Assembly (NCBI GenBank): GCA_002347965.1
Contig: DDYN01000041.1
Span: forward strand, 19,043-83,042
DNA from: Nitrospirae bacterium UBA2233
GTDB taxonomy: Bacteria > UBA2233
Reading direction: 5' to 3'
DNA length: 64,000 nucleotides
The first letter of the stretch is position 1, and each line of letters begins with the position of its first letter. Positions 49,286 through 58,113 of the stretch are shown here, piece after piece. The position numbers and the translations under genes were made by a program. Under the pieces are notes generated by a model, which was not told the origin of the DNA, did no database searches, and saw only the letters and a list, made by a program, of their open reading frames with translations.

Positions 49286-50205
49286 TGGATCCTCGCCTCT
49301 GCGGACATGCCGGGCTTGAGCTGCGCCGTGGGCTTTCTGGGCCTCAAGCGCACCTCAAAAACGAGGCTTTCCCGCTGCTCTTTGGTTTCGACGAACTTCG
49401 GGGTGAACTCCGCCCTTTGGGAGATGTAAGAGACGTAGGCCGGGAAGGACTCTTGAGGCGTGGCATCTATGTAGATACGCGCCTCATCGCCCGCCTTTAT
49501 GAGGTTCACTTCGGCTTGGGGAAGAAACACCTTGAGGTAGGTTTGATTCAAGTCTATGGCCACGAACAAGGGCGTCCCAGCTTGCACCACCTCGCCTTGT
49601 TCGACGAGCTTGGCCAGGACAAACCCCGCCGTGGGGGAGGTAACCCGCGTATCGCCAAGGTAGGAAGTGGCCTCTGCCTTGGCCGCTTCAGCACGCCTCA
49701 GCTGTTCTTTGGCGCCGTCTAGCATGGCCTTTGTCGCGTCGAGCCTGGCCAAAACCATGCGCTTCGCGGCGAGCGCCTCGTCGTAGGTGCGCTCGGCTAT
49801 GGCCCCCTCCTTGAAGAGGTTCTCGGCCCTCTGGTAGTCCCTTAGGATCCTCGTCTTCTGGGCCTCGATGCCCAGGATTTCGCTCTCGACACGTACAATC
49901 TGGCTGCTCGCCGCGAGCACCATGGCCGAGGCCTGATCGTAGCGGGCCTGGATCTTTTCCTTGTCAATCACGGCGACAAGCTGGCCGGGCTTAAGAGTCT
50001 CTCCTTCTTTGGTGTACACGCCGATCACTCTTCCCGGTACCTCCGGAGCAATGAAGACCTCGTCGGCATCCATCTGGCCGTTCGTATCAATAAAGCCTTC
50101 GGGCACTTCGGGCGGTTTTGCGAGGTAACGGAACCCAAGAACCGTGCCCGCGATCGCCAAAGCGACCAAAATAACGATCCCCCCCCTTACGAGCCACCTT
50201 CTCAC
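49234..50205 (-). CDS. HlyD-family membrane fusion / periplasmic adaptor protein (YbhG-like)
   Basis: N-terminal TM anchor, a coiled-coil hairpin region, and lipoyl and beta-barrel segments ('GQLVAVID', 'VTSPTAGFV', 'LKPGMSAEARI'). Confidence 0.88.
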   Translation of the reverse strand: MRRWLVRGGIVILVALAIAGTVLGFRYLAKPPEVPEGFIDTNGQMDADEVFIAPEVPGRVIGVYTKEGETLKPGQLVAVIDKEKIQARYDQASAMVLAASSQIVRVESEILGIEAQKTRILRDYQRAENLFKEGAIAERTYDEALAAKRMVLARLDATKAMLDGAKEQLRRAEAAKAEATSYLGDTRVTSPTAGFVLAKLVEQGEVVQAGTPLFVAIDLNQTYLKVFLPQAEVNLIKAGDEARIYIDATPQESFPAYVSYISQRAEFTPKFVETKEQRESLVFEVRLRPRKPTAQLKPGMSAEARIQWKEEIPFIEKHPKSQS

Positions 50206-51773
50206 GGCATTCCCCGCCCGTTGCGTTCTTTGGTCCTATCCTGCTGCTCTTTTGCGGTCGGGTGGCGGTAGGCCCTGCCCATCTCTTGGGTAAGCACGCT
50301 TAAACTCTTATACGACCCTTCCCTTGCCCGCACCGCGTCCGCACCGATCATCCGCTCGAGGCCCGCCTTCGCAAGCTCGTGATTCAAGACGGCCTGGATA
50401 AGGTTAAGCTGGGCCGCTAGCAGGTTGACCTGGGCGTCCATCACGTCCAAGTGTGTCCCAGCACCCTCGCGGTAGCGCAACTGGGCAAGCCTCAAAGCCT
50501 CTTTCGCCTCCCAAATCGAAGAACCGGAGGCGAGAATCCTCTCGTCGGACTCCTTGATGTCGCCCAGCGTCGTCACCAGCTCGTGGTGCAACTCCATCTC
50601 GTAATCCCGGACGCTGAGCCTTTGCTGGATCGCCTGATGGGCCGCCTGCTTGACCCGGCTTTTGACCCGGAAACCCTCAAATAGGGGGACGGAGATGTTC
50701 ACGCCCACGACGGCGTTTTGGCCGAAGTCGTCCCGGTAGTGGTTTGCGGAGTCCATCTCCCAGTAATCCGGCCTGTTGAAAAAGAACGAGCCAAAGGCTC
50801 CAACCGTGGGCAGGGCCTCTCCCCGTGCGATGCCTACGGCCAGTTTTCTTACCTCGACAAGGATACGTTCGCGCTTGAGCCTTTGCTCGCCCTCTAGAGC
50901 CAGCGCGTAAGCTTCCTCAAGGCCGACACGAACAGGGGCGTAGCTGAGCTTCCCCAAGGGCTCAACGACGGGAGCATCCGGGTTCTCCCCCATGAGCCGC
51001 TTAAGGAGGTCGATTGTCCGAGCAAGCTCGTTTTGAGCCTCGATTAAAGGGGGCTTTTCGTTTGCCAAGCGTACCCTGGCCCTCAAGTAGTCGTAGTACG
51101 GGACGGTGCCTTCTTGGTAGAGCTTCCTGGCATCCTCAACGTGCGCCGAGATCACCCGGATAGCCTCTTGCCTGACGGCAATGACCTCCTCTAGGGCTAT
51201 AGACCCGAGAAACGCGTTCTTCACGGCCTCAACAACACGGCGGTCCCCCTCGGCGAGCGCGGCGTCCGTGGCGGACATCGCCCGCCTAGCAAGCCGGATG
51301 CCCTTCAAGACCCTCCCGCCCGCGTAAAGCGTCTGGGTAAGCGCCACGTTCCCGATGAGGTTATGGGAATCTCCTACGCTGACCCGGCTGGTCCCAAGCC
51401 CAGGGAGCCCAAAGGCGCCGGGGGCCATGGAGCCCAAGGAGGAGCCGATAGGGCCGGCCAAACCAGCCTTTCTTGAAACGTTCGAACCCTCCTGCAGGAT
51501 CGATTCCGGGGATACGCTGTAGGTCGGCGGGTCTGGAATATGGGCGTACGTGAACGCGAAATCGAGCTGGGGATAAGCGTACGAAAAGGCTTCTCCAATA
51601 CGCCCCGTGGCCACCCCGAGCTCTTCTTTAAGGCTCAAAAGTTGAGGGTTTTGCTTCAGAGCGCGCGCTACGGCATCGTCTAGTGTTACGCGTTGGCCTT
51701 GCGCAGCCGCACTCAAAGGGAAGGCAAACGCCAGAACGCCGAGCGCCCACATGAAGAAAGACAGTATTCCCAT
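50202..51773 (-). CDS. TolC-family outer-membrane efflux protein
   Basis: Signal peptide 'ALGVLAFAFPLSAAAQG', a duplicated OEP repeat structure ('TLDDAVARALKQNPQL' and others) and long helical segments. Confidence 0.88.
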   Translation of the reverse strand: MGILSFFMWALGVLAFAFPLSAAAQGQRVTLDDAVARALKQNPQLLSLKEELGVATGRIGEAFSYAYPQLDFAFTYAHIPDPPTYSVSPESILQEGSNVSRKAGLAGPIGSSLGSMAPGAFGLPGLGTSRVSVGDSHNLIGNVALTQTLYAGGRVLKGIRLARRAMSATDAALAEGDRRVVEAVKNAFLGSIALEEVIAVRQEAIRVISAHVEDARKLYQEGTVPYYDYLRARVRLANEKPPLIEAQNELARTIDLLKRLMGENPDAPVVEPLGKLSYAPVRVGLEEAYALALEGEQRLKRERILVEVRKLAVGIARGEALPTVGAFGSFFFNRPDYWEMDSANHYRDDFGQNAVVGVNISVPLFEGFRVKSRVKQAAHQAIQQRLSVRDYEMELHHELVTTLGDIKESDERILASGSSIWEAKEALRLAQLRYREGAGTHLDVMDAQVNLLAAQLNLIQAVLNHELAKAGLERMIGADAVRAREGSYKSLSVLTQEMGRAYRHPTAKEQQDRTKERNGRGMP

Positions 51774-51960
51774 CCAAGCCCGCTAGCTAGGTTTTCAGAC
51801 ACTGTAGCAGGCGCCGGCATACAGAGTCAATTAACGCGCCGCACCCTTCGGGCCAAACACCCTCGTTTTGATTCCTGGGCCAGCTCCCTTCACCGCTCCC
51901 CACCCGTGATCGAGTGGCACACTTGCCCCATGTTTGCAGGCGACCGGCCAGAACCACCCC

Positions 51961-52200
51961 CCCCGATAGGCGGGACAAACACGTCCCGCATTTGCAGGGC
52001 CATACCCCAATTTCGATAGGCGGGACATTCGCCCCGCGTTTGTATCGCCCATGAGCTCATGATTAGATAGGCGGGACATTCTTGTCCCGCACTTACAGGG
52101 CCTTTCCGTTTCGCCGGGCCTGGAAAGGCCCGGCTATCTCTTGGGCTTCGGACGGGAAATGCTACGCCCTAACCCCGACTGGCGGGACAAACACGGTGCC
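51961..52200. repeat. Cluster (BIME-like) of composite palindromic repeats: four to five copies of the GATAGGCGGGAC-N6-GTCCCGC hairpin, one GCCGGGCC-N6-GGCCCGGC hairpin and a shared ~40-nt linker module
   Basis: Hairpin-A copies have stems at 51970-51989, 52020-52043 (degenerate), 52071-52090 and 52182-52200 (degenerate). Hairpin B is at 52113-52134. Linker 52140-52179 is near-identical to 61046-61083. No plausible ORF explains the region. Confidence 0.85.
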
Positions 52201-52330
52201 ACGCCGGACATGACCTCTGGCCGGGTTTTGGCATACCATGCCGGGCAGCATAAAACGCGGAAGTATACTACATACAACGTTTTATTCGGGCTAACGCGCC
52301 AAAAAAGCTAGAAAAGTTGACAAAGCCCGT

Positions 52331-52360
52331 TTGACAAGCCAAAAAGAATTCTTATATATT
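52331..52360 (+). promoter_or_regulatory. Candidate sigma70 promoter for the small exported protein gene
   Basis: TTGACA (52331-52336), an 18-nt spacer, then TATATT (52355-52360) in a locally AT-rich stretch. A second TTGACA lies 14 nt upstream (52317-52322). Confidence 0.45.
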
Positions 52361-52423
52361 TTATATGCCTTTGACCCGATTCAGGCTTTCTCTGTATCAA
52401 CCATAACCACGGAGGGTGATTCT

Positions 52424-52768
52424 ATGCGATCTATCAGGCAATCTGCCGCTTCCGCCGTTTTTGCAGGCTTCCTTCTCAGCCTCGCTGCCGTCGGTCCGGC
52501 GCATGCTAAAGCCAAGAACGACGAAACCGCCGCTGAAAAAGTGATGTACACGACGGGCGCTGTCCTATCGAGCGTCGTTTACTGCCCCGTCAAGACGATT
52601 TACTCTATCGGCGGCCATCTCATCGGGGGAACGGCCTACCTCCTCACGGGCGGCAACAAGCAGACTTCAAGAAAAATCTTTGACGACGCCGTCAAGGGCG
52701 ACTACTTCGTCCTGCCGAGCCATTTGAAGGGCGATAAAAAGCTCAAGTTCTACGGAGGTTCCGAATAA
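52424..52768 (+). CDS. Hypothetical small exported protein (about 114 aa)
   Basis: GGAGGG RBS, then 'MRSIRQSAASAVFAGFLLSLAAVGPAHA' as a signal peptide with an AHA-K cleavage site. I recognise no family. The ORF extension from 52331 is rejected. Confidence 0.6.
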   Translation: MRSIRQSAASAVFAGFLLSLAAVGPAHAKAKNDETAAEKVMYTTGAVLSSVVYCPVKTIYSIGGHLIGGTAYLLTGGNKQTSRKIFDDAVKGDYFVLPSHLKGDKKLKFYGGSE

Positions 52769-52820
52769 GCCTAAGAAGGCTTTTCTGAACCTGCTTTTTC
52801 AGCTCGCAGGCGAGGGGAGC

Positions 52821-53669
52821 TCAAGCGCTCTCCTCGCCTGCGACGCTCTTTGGCCCCCCCGAGAGCACGCGGGCCAGCTCGAACATCCAGAGCATCAGAA
52901 GCGCCGAGTAGTATATCCAGAGCAAAAAGATCATCATCGCGCTCAGCGACCCGTAAAAATAGCTTGTCCTGGCGATCCGGAACACGTAGAACGTAAAACC
53001 CCACTTCGCGACTTCCCAAAGGACAGACCCCGCCACACCGCACACGAGCGCCACCTTGAAAGGCACCCGGCTTTCCGGTAGAACCCAGAGTAAAGCGGTA
53101 AGGAAGACGGCGATACCGCCCATCGAAATGGCCCTTTGGGTTGGGCTGAACGCCAGGATTTGCTGAACCCAGGCGGGGACGTAGGGCCTTTCTTGGACAA
53201 ACGCCCTGATAAACTCCGTAATCGTGCCGGCCGATGCCGACAATGCAAACGTCACCCCGAGCCCGGCGATCACAAGGAGCGAAAGCAGCCTGGAGGAAAA
53301 AAAGCCATCCTTTATTTTTTCGCCAAAAATCCTGCACACGGAGGCCCTTAAGGTCTGGAGTAGCATGTCGAACCCAAGAAAAAAGAAAACGGCCCCGGAA
53401 ATCCCGATTGAGCCCGGGTCTTGGATGAAACCCCTGGAAATCTTAAGAAAGTCCTCGGGTAAGGATGGAAAGAGCTCAGCCAGCTGATTCTGGACGGCGC
53501 GGTAAAGGGGTTCGTTATTCTGCAAAAGAAACCCGCCAAAAACCACGACCAAGACCAGCGTCGGGATGAAGGCGAGCACGCCGAAAAAAGAGAGCGCTGC
53601 CGCATAGATATAGATGTTTTTAGCAAAAAACGCCCGCGTCGCCTCGATCGGTACGGCAAAGATGCTCAA
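52821..53669 (-). CDS. YihY/BrkB (virulence factor BrkB / former 'RNase BN') family membrane protein
   Basis: 'AAALSFFGVLAFIPTLVLV' and six TM segments, with the family-typical C-terminus 'YGSLSAMMIFLLWIYYSALLMLWMFE'. Confidence 0.8.
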   Translation of the reverse strand: MSIFAVPIEATRAFFAKNIYIYAAALSFFGVLAFIPTLVLVVVFGGFLLQNNEPLYRAVQNQLAELFPSLPEDFLKISRGFIQDPGSIGISGAVFFFLGFDMLLQTLRASVCRIFGEKIKDGFFSSRLLSLLVIAGLGVTFALSASAGTITEFIRAFVQERPYVPAWVQQILAFSPTQRAISMGGIAVFLTALLWVLPESRVPFKVALVCGVAGSVLWEVAKWGFTFYVFRIARTSYFYGSLSAMMIFLLWIYYSALLMLWMFELARVLSGGPKSVAGEESA

Positions 53670-53716
53670 GCCGGCCTCCAGCGTAGTTTACGGCCCCTAG
53701 CGCCTTTGTTGTCTCC

Positions 53717-55021
53717 TCAAGATTTTATGCGAAGATCTATCTCGATCGGAACCCCGGGCATATCGAACGTAGCGCTCAATAGCGAGACAAAGTGCTTAAG
53801 GGGAAACGTCTCCCGGTTTGCGCCGCGCCCCAAGAACACCGCAAACCGCGGCGGGTTCGTAGAAACCTGGGTAATGTACATAGGGTTTCCTTTTTTGGCG
53901 TGGAAGGCTTCCAGCCCGCCCTTAAGCATCTTTTGAACCTCCCTGTTCAACACGCCCGTCGAGATGCGCTTGGAGGCCGCTTCGTGGGCTTTGACCAAGG
54001 CCGATTTCAGCGCGGCCAGGTTTTTTTTCTCGAGCGCGGAAACAAGAAGCACGCAAACGCGGGGAAACAGGTTGAACACGCCCTGCCAGGAGCGGACTAA
54101 ACCGGCTTTTTCATCCGAAGAAAGCGTAAGCAGGTCGCTTTTGTTCAGAGCGACGACGAGCGGTTTCTTGTGCGCGAACACGTATCCGGCGACCCTTAGC
54201 TCTTGGCGCGTCGGCGGGGTCGTGGCGTCGGCCACGAGCAGGGCGACGTCCGCTTGCTCGAGTGTCCCTATGGTCTTTATCCCGGAAAGCTTCTCGAAGA
54301 CGTCCGATTTCGCCTTGCGCTTGAGCCCTGCCGTGTCCACGGCTCGGAATGCGCCCGAGGGTTCGAGCTCTTCGACCGCATCCCTGGTCGTCCCTGGAAC
54401 GTCGCTCACCACGGCCCGCTCCGCCCCGACGAGCGCGTTGAACAGCGTGGATTTGCCCGCGTTCTGCGGCCCCAAGAGCGCAACCCGGGGAAGGACCTTG
54501 GTAGGCGCGGGCGCGGGTTCGTCTTCCGGAAAATCTCGGCATACCGCCTCGAGTAGGTCGTAGATCCCGACGTTGTGCTCGGCGCTCCCGTACACGACCT
54601 CCGGAAACCCGAGCTCGTAGCCCGCCGTATCGAGCTGTCCGGGCATGCCAAAATCTATCTTGTTGACGAACACGACAACCCTTTTGCCCAGGCCCCTCAA
54701 GAATCGGGCGAGCTCTAAGTCTTCGCTACCCAAAGACGCCCTGCCGTCTAGAACGAGCACAATGCCTTCCGCCTGCCGAAACAGCCTTTCGACGCCTTTT
54801 TGGACGGCCTCCGCGAGCGGGCCTTCGGGCTTCGGGGCAAACCCCGGCGTGTCGGCCAGAAGAAACGGCCGGCCTTCAAAGTCAACCCGCTTGACGAGGA
54901 CATCCCGGGTCAAGTGCAGGGCGTTCAACACGAGCGCCTCACGCCTGCCGACGATCCGGTTGAACAGCGTCGATTTTCCGACGTTCGTCCTGCCTGCCAA
55001 GACAACGAGCGGAGCCTCCAT
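53717..55021 (-). CDS. der: Ribosome biogenesis GTPase Der (EngA), two GTPase domains + KH-like domain
   Basis: Tandem G domains: 'GRTNVGKST...DTPG...NKID' and 'GPQNAGKST...DTAG...NKSD'. Confidence 0.93.
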   Translation of the reverse strand: MEAPLVVLAGRTNVGKSTLFNRIVGRREALVLNALHLTRDVLVKRVDFEGRPFLLADTPGFAPKPEGPLAEAVQKGVERLFRQAEGIVLVLDGRASLGSEDLELARFLRGLGKRVVVFVNKIDFGMPGQLDTAGYELGFPEVVYGSAEHNVGIYDLLEAVCRDFPEDEPAPAPTKVLPRVALLGPQNAGKSTLFNALVGAERAVVSDVPGTTRDAVEELEPSGAFRAVDTAGLKRKAKSDVFEKLSGIKTIGTLEQADVALLVADATTPPTRQELRVAGYVFAHKKPLVVALNKSDLLTLSSDEKAGLVRSWQGVFNLFPRVCVLLVSALEKKNLAALKSALVKAHEAASKRISTGVLNREVQKMLKGGLEAFHAKKGNPMYITQVSTNPPRFAVFLGRGANRETFPLKHFVSLLSATFDMPGVPIEIDLRIKS

Positions 55022-55938
55022 TATCGGCCCTCCTTCTTGGCTTGGGCGGGCACGTGGGGAAACCCCGCCTGCTTAAGCAACCCCTCGGCCTTCATCCAGT
55101 GCGGTTTGACCTTCACGTACAAAGAAAGGTAGACGTGCCTGCCGATGAGCTCCTCGACCTCTAGCCTCGCCTTTGTCCCGATGCGTTTGATCATCTCCCC
55201 GCCCTTGCCGATGACGATGGGCTTTTGCGACTCCCGGTTCACCCAGATCTCTGCCGATATTTCCACGGGATCCTCCGGCCCCTCGACCCAGTGGGCCACG
55301 ACGACCGCCGTTTCGTACGGAAGCTCGTCTTTTAGCTCTTTAAAAAGTTTTTCCTTGATGAACTCCTTGGCCAGGAACCGTACGGGGCTGTCCGAGATCA
55401 ACTCGGCATCGTAGAGCCACGCGCCTTCAGGGAGAAGCCCCTTAAGCTCCAAAACGAGCGCGTCCAACCCCTCGGCCGTCAGAGCGCTCACTCCAAGAAC
55501 CTTTAAAAAAGGCGCGGCGCCTCGAACCTCCCCAAGCACCGCGTCGCGCTCGTTCGCCCCAAGCCTCTCGATCTTGTTCACCACGCCGACGCCAGGCTTG
55601 GAGGCATCACGAAGACGCTCGAACCAAGGGTGATCCTGCACGATTTTGGCGACGTCCGGGTCCACGACGTACAGGTAGGCGTCGGCCTCTTTGAGCGCCT
55701 CGAGCGATTGACTGGTCATGCACCGGTTGAGGAGCTTTTCGCTCTCGTGCAAGCCCGGGGTGTCAATCAGCACGATTTGCGCGTCGTCCTCGGTCAAGAT
55801 GCCCCGGACGTTGAACCATGTCGTCTGGGGCTTTTCCGAAACGACCGCCACCTTGGCGTGGATCAGCGCGTTCACGAGCGTGGATTTCCCGACGTTCGGC
55901 CTTCCAAGCACCGCAACGAACCCGGATTTAGTAGGCAT
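55021..55938 (-). CDS. era: GTPase Era
   Basis: 'GRPNVGKSTL', 'DTPG', 'NKIE' and the C-terminal KH domain 'VIGKGGEMIK'. TAATG overlap with der. Confidence 0.93.
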   Translation of the reverse strand: MPTKSGFVAVLGRPNVGKSTLVNALIHAKVAVVSEKPQTTWFNVRGILTEDDAQIVLIDTPGLHESEKLLNRCMTSQSLEALKEADAYLYVVDPDVAKIVQDHPWFERLRDASKPGVGVVNKIERLGANERDAVLGEVRGAAPFLKVLGVSALTAEGLDALVLELKGLLPEGAWLYDAELISDSPVRFLAKEFIKEKLFKELKDELPYETAVVVAHWVEGPEDPVEISAEIWVNRESQKPIVIGKGGEMIKRIGTKARLEVEELIGRHVYLSLYVKVKPHWMKAEGLLKQAGFPHVPAQAKKEGR

Positions 55939-56632
55939 CGGCCCCTTCCTTGAGCTTGGAGAGCGCCACCCTAGCGGCGCGCCTCGAGGCCTCCTTTTTG
56001 TTTGCCGCCCTCCCTTCCCCCAAAAGCCTCCCCCTCAAGAACACCCTGACAAGGAACTCTCCGCTTTCTTCCGTCTGTTTATAGACGGGGGCTTCCTTGC
56101 AAAGGGCATGGGTAAGCTCTTGAAGCTGGGACTTCTCGTCCTTGGCCTCGGCCAAAGAAACGAGCGCTCGGGCCTTGGCGTCGAACAAGGGCAAAAGCAG
56201 GTCTTTTAGCTTATCGTAGCCAAGCTCTAAAAACAACGCCCCCACGAGCGCTTCGAACACGTCGCAAAGGATGGAGGGCTTCTGACGCCCTCCCGAGCGC
56301 TCCTCGCCCCTTCCGAGAAGCACCAGGCGATCGAGCCCAAGCTCCCTGGCAAGCCCCGCCAGCGACCCCTCGTTCACGAGCCCGGCACGGATCATCGTGA
56401 GCGCGCCCTCGTTCAGCCGCCCGAAGTGCAAGAACAAATACTCCGACACCACCGCCGTAAGGAGCGCATCGCCCAAGTACTCTAGCCTTTCGTAGCTCTC
56501 CTGGGGCTCCAGGTTGCGCTCGTTCGCGTACGACGGGTGGACGAACGAGCGCTGAACCAAGCACTCTTTTTGCAGCAACGCTCGAACTTGCCCTTGAAAC
56601 GTCTCTATCGGGCCAGGCTGCAAGTTTTCCAT
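55928..56632 (-). CDS. rnc: Ribonuclease III
   Basis: Catalytic signature 'YERLEYLGDALL' and the C-terminal dsRBD ('...GEGRAANKKEASRRAA'). Confidence 0.93.
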   Translation of the reverse strand: MENLQPGPIETFQGQVRALLQKECLVQRSFVHPSYANERNLEPQESYERLEYLGDALLTAVVSEYLFLHFGRLNEGALTMIRAGLVNEGSLAGLARELGLDRLVLLGRGEERSGGRQKPSILCDVFEALVGALFLELGYDKLKDLLLPLFDAKARALVSLAEAKDEKSQLQELTHALCKEAPVYKQTEESGEFLVRVFLRGRLLGEGRAANKKEASRRAARVALSKLKEGADAY

Positions 56633-56635
56633 CGC

Positions 56636-57949
56636 TCATCGGCTGCTTTCAGGACAAAGTTCCGCGTAGAGCGTCTGCCCATCGCGCGGCCCCAGTTGCA
56701 CCCGCAAAAGACTGCCAGGCCGAAGCTCTAGTCCCGCAACGGGCTTTGCCCAAACGTCCAGGTAGTTGTCCGTTTTGAGCTTGATTCTCCCGCTTTTTGG
56801 GACGGCGCGCTCCAAGATAGCCGCGCGCACTTTGCCTACCTGCGAATCGGCGAAGGCCAGGCGCTTTCGCCTATCGAGCTCACGAAGCGCGCTCGCGCGC
56901 TCGCTTGCCACGGCGCTCGGGATTTGACCCGGCATCTTAGCGGCCGGAGCCCCCTCCTTGGCCGAGAACGGGAACACGTGCAGGCGCGCGAAAGGGTACC
57001 GTTCGATCAATGCGTAGGTTCTTTGGAACGCCTGCTGGCTCTCTTGTGGAAACCCGACGATGACATCCAGCCCGACATGCACGTCCGGGATATGCTCAAA
57101 AAGCCACGAGGCCACCCGCTCGAACGCCGCGACGCTGTAGTCGCGCCTCATGGCCTTGAGTACAGGATCATCGCCGCTTTGCAGCGCAATCGGATAATGC
57201 GGACAAAGGAGCTTGGATTCCCGAACGTGCTCCAAAAACCCTGCCGTCAAGTCGTGCGGCTCTAGCGAGGAGATCCTAAGGCGGGAAACGCCGCCGGGTC
57301 GCTCTTCGATCACGCGAAGGAGCGTTAAAAGCCCGTCTTCGATCCCCAAATCTTTACCGTAGGCCGACAGACGGATTCCTGTGAGGACGACCTCTTCGTA
57401 ACCGAGCAAGGCTAGCCCTTTAAGCTCTTCTAGCACGTGCTCTAATGGCTTGGAGCGGCTCTTTCCCCTTGCAAAAGGTATGACGCAAAAGCTGCAGAAC
57501 CCGTCGCACCCGTCTTGCACCTTTAAAAACGCCCTCGATCGCCCCGGACGGGGCTCCGGCAGGAATACACCGGCAATGCCAGACGGGCGCTTGAAGGGGT
57601 TGCCCACGTGCACCTCCGGGTTTTGCCGGCGCGAGAGCACCCCAGCTTGGGCGACGAACCCCTTAAGCTCGTGGTGAGTCACGATGTAATCGGCAAGGCC
57701 TTCGGTTTGGAGAGCTTGAGGCGCTAACTGGGCCATGCATCCCGTAACGACGAGCACGGCCATCGGGTTTTCGCGCCTTAAGCGCCTGAGCGTTTTTTTA
57801 GCTTCGGAATCGGCACGGTTGGTCACGCTGCATGTGTTCAACACGACGACTTCTTTCGCGTCCGCCGCCGCATCCTCCAGAACGCGCCCAATCCACACGC
57901 TGTCGTATGCGTTGGCTTTGCAGCCTTGGGTGATTACGCGAACTGGCAT
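56636..57949 (-). CDS. mtaB: MiaB-like radical SAM methylthiotransferase (MtaB-type: UPF0004 domain, radical SAM core, TRAM)
   Basis: 'VITQGCKANAYDS', 'VLNTCSVT', radical SAM motif 'GCDGFCSFCVIP' and a TRAM-like C-terminus. Start at the internal ATG (MPVRVIT). Confidence 0.85.
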   Translation of the reverse strand: MPVRVITQGCKANAYDSVWIGRVLEDAAADAKEVVVLNTCSVTNRADSEAKKTLRRLRRENPMAVLVVTGCMAQLAPQALQTEGLADYIVTHHELKGFVAQAGVLSRRQNPEVHVGNPFKRPSGIAGVFLPEPRPGRSRAFLKVQDGCDGFCSFCVIPFARGKSRSKPLEHVLEELKGLALLGYEEVVLTGIRLSAYGKDLGIEDGLLTLLRVIEERPGGVSRLRISSLEPHDLTAGFLEHVRESKLLCPHYPIALQSGDDPVLKAMRRDYSVAAFERVASWLFEHIPDVHVGLDVIVGFPQESQQAFQRTYALIERYPFARLHVFPFSAKEGAPAAKMPGQIPSAVASERASALRELDRRKRLAFADSQVGKVRAAILERAVPKSGRIKLKTDNYLDVWAKPVAGLELRPGSLLRVQLGPRDGQTLYAELCPESSR

Positions 57950-58045
57950 CGAAAGCCTTCCTCGACGATGTTTTTGTCTTTTTTCTTCATCATAGCACAA
58001 AGGCGAATTTGCCGCCTTTTGTCGGCCCTTTCGAGCGCCTGTCGG

Positions 58046-58075
58046 TTGACTTTGCGCATTCTTCCGTGCTATAAA
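58046..58075 (+). promoter_or_regulatory. Candidate extended -10 promoter for the radical SAM/STAS gene
   Basis: TTGACT (58046-58051), a 15-nt gap, then TGc-TATAAA (58067-58075), about 40 nt upstream of the ATG at 58114. Confidence 0.45.
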
Positions 58076-58113
58076 ATAATGAAGTTCTTTTTATGTATGT
58101 GGGACAGGTTATC

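Noticed and set aside
51961-52101. The three hairpin-containing repeats spaced about 50 nt apart look superficially like a mini CRISPR array.
   Set aside because: The conserved unit is about 38 nt but the 'spacers' are only 11-13 nt. The middle copy is degenerate, and the same units occur singly at other loci together with unrelated modules. No cas genes or leader are present. This fits a REP/BIME cluster, not CRISPR.
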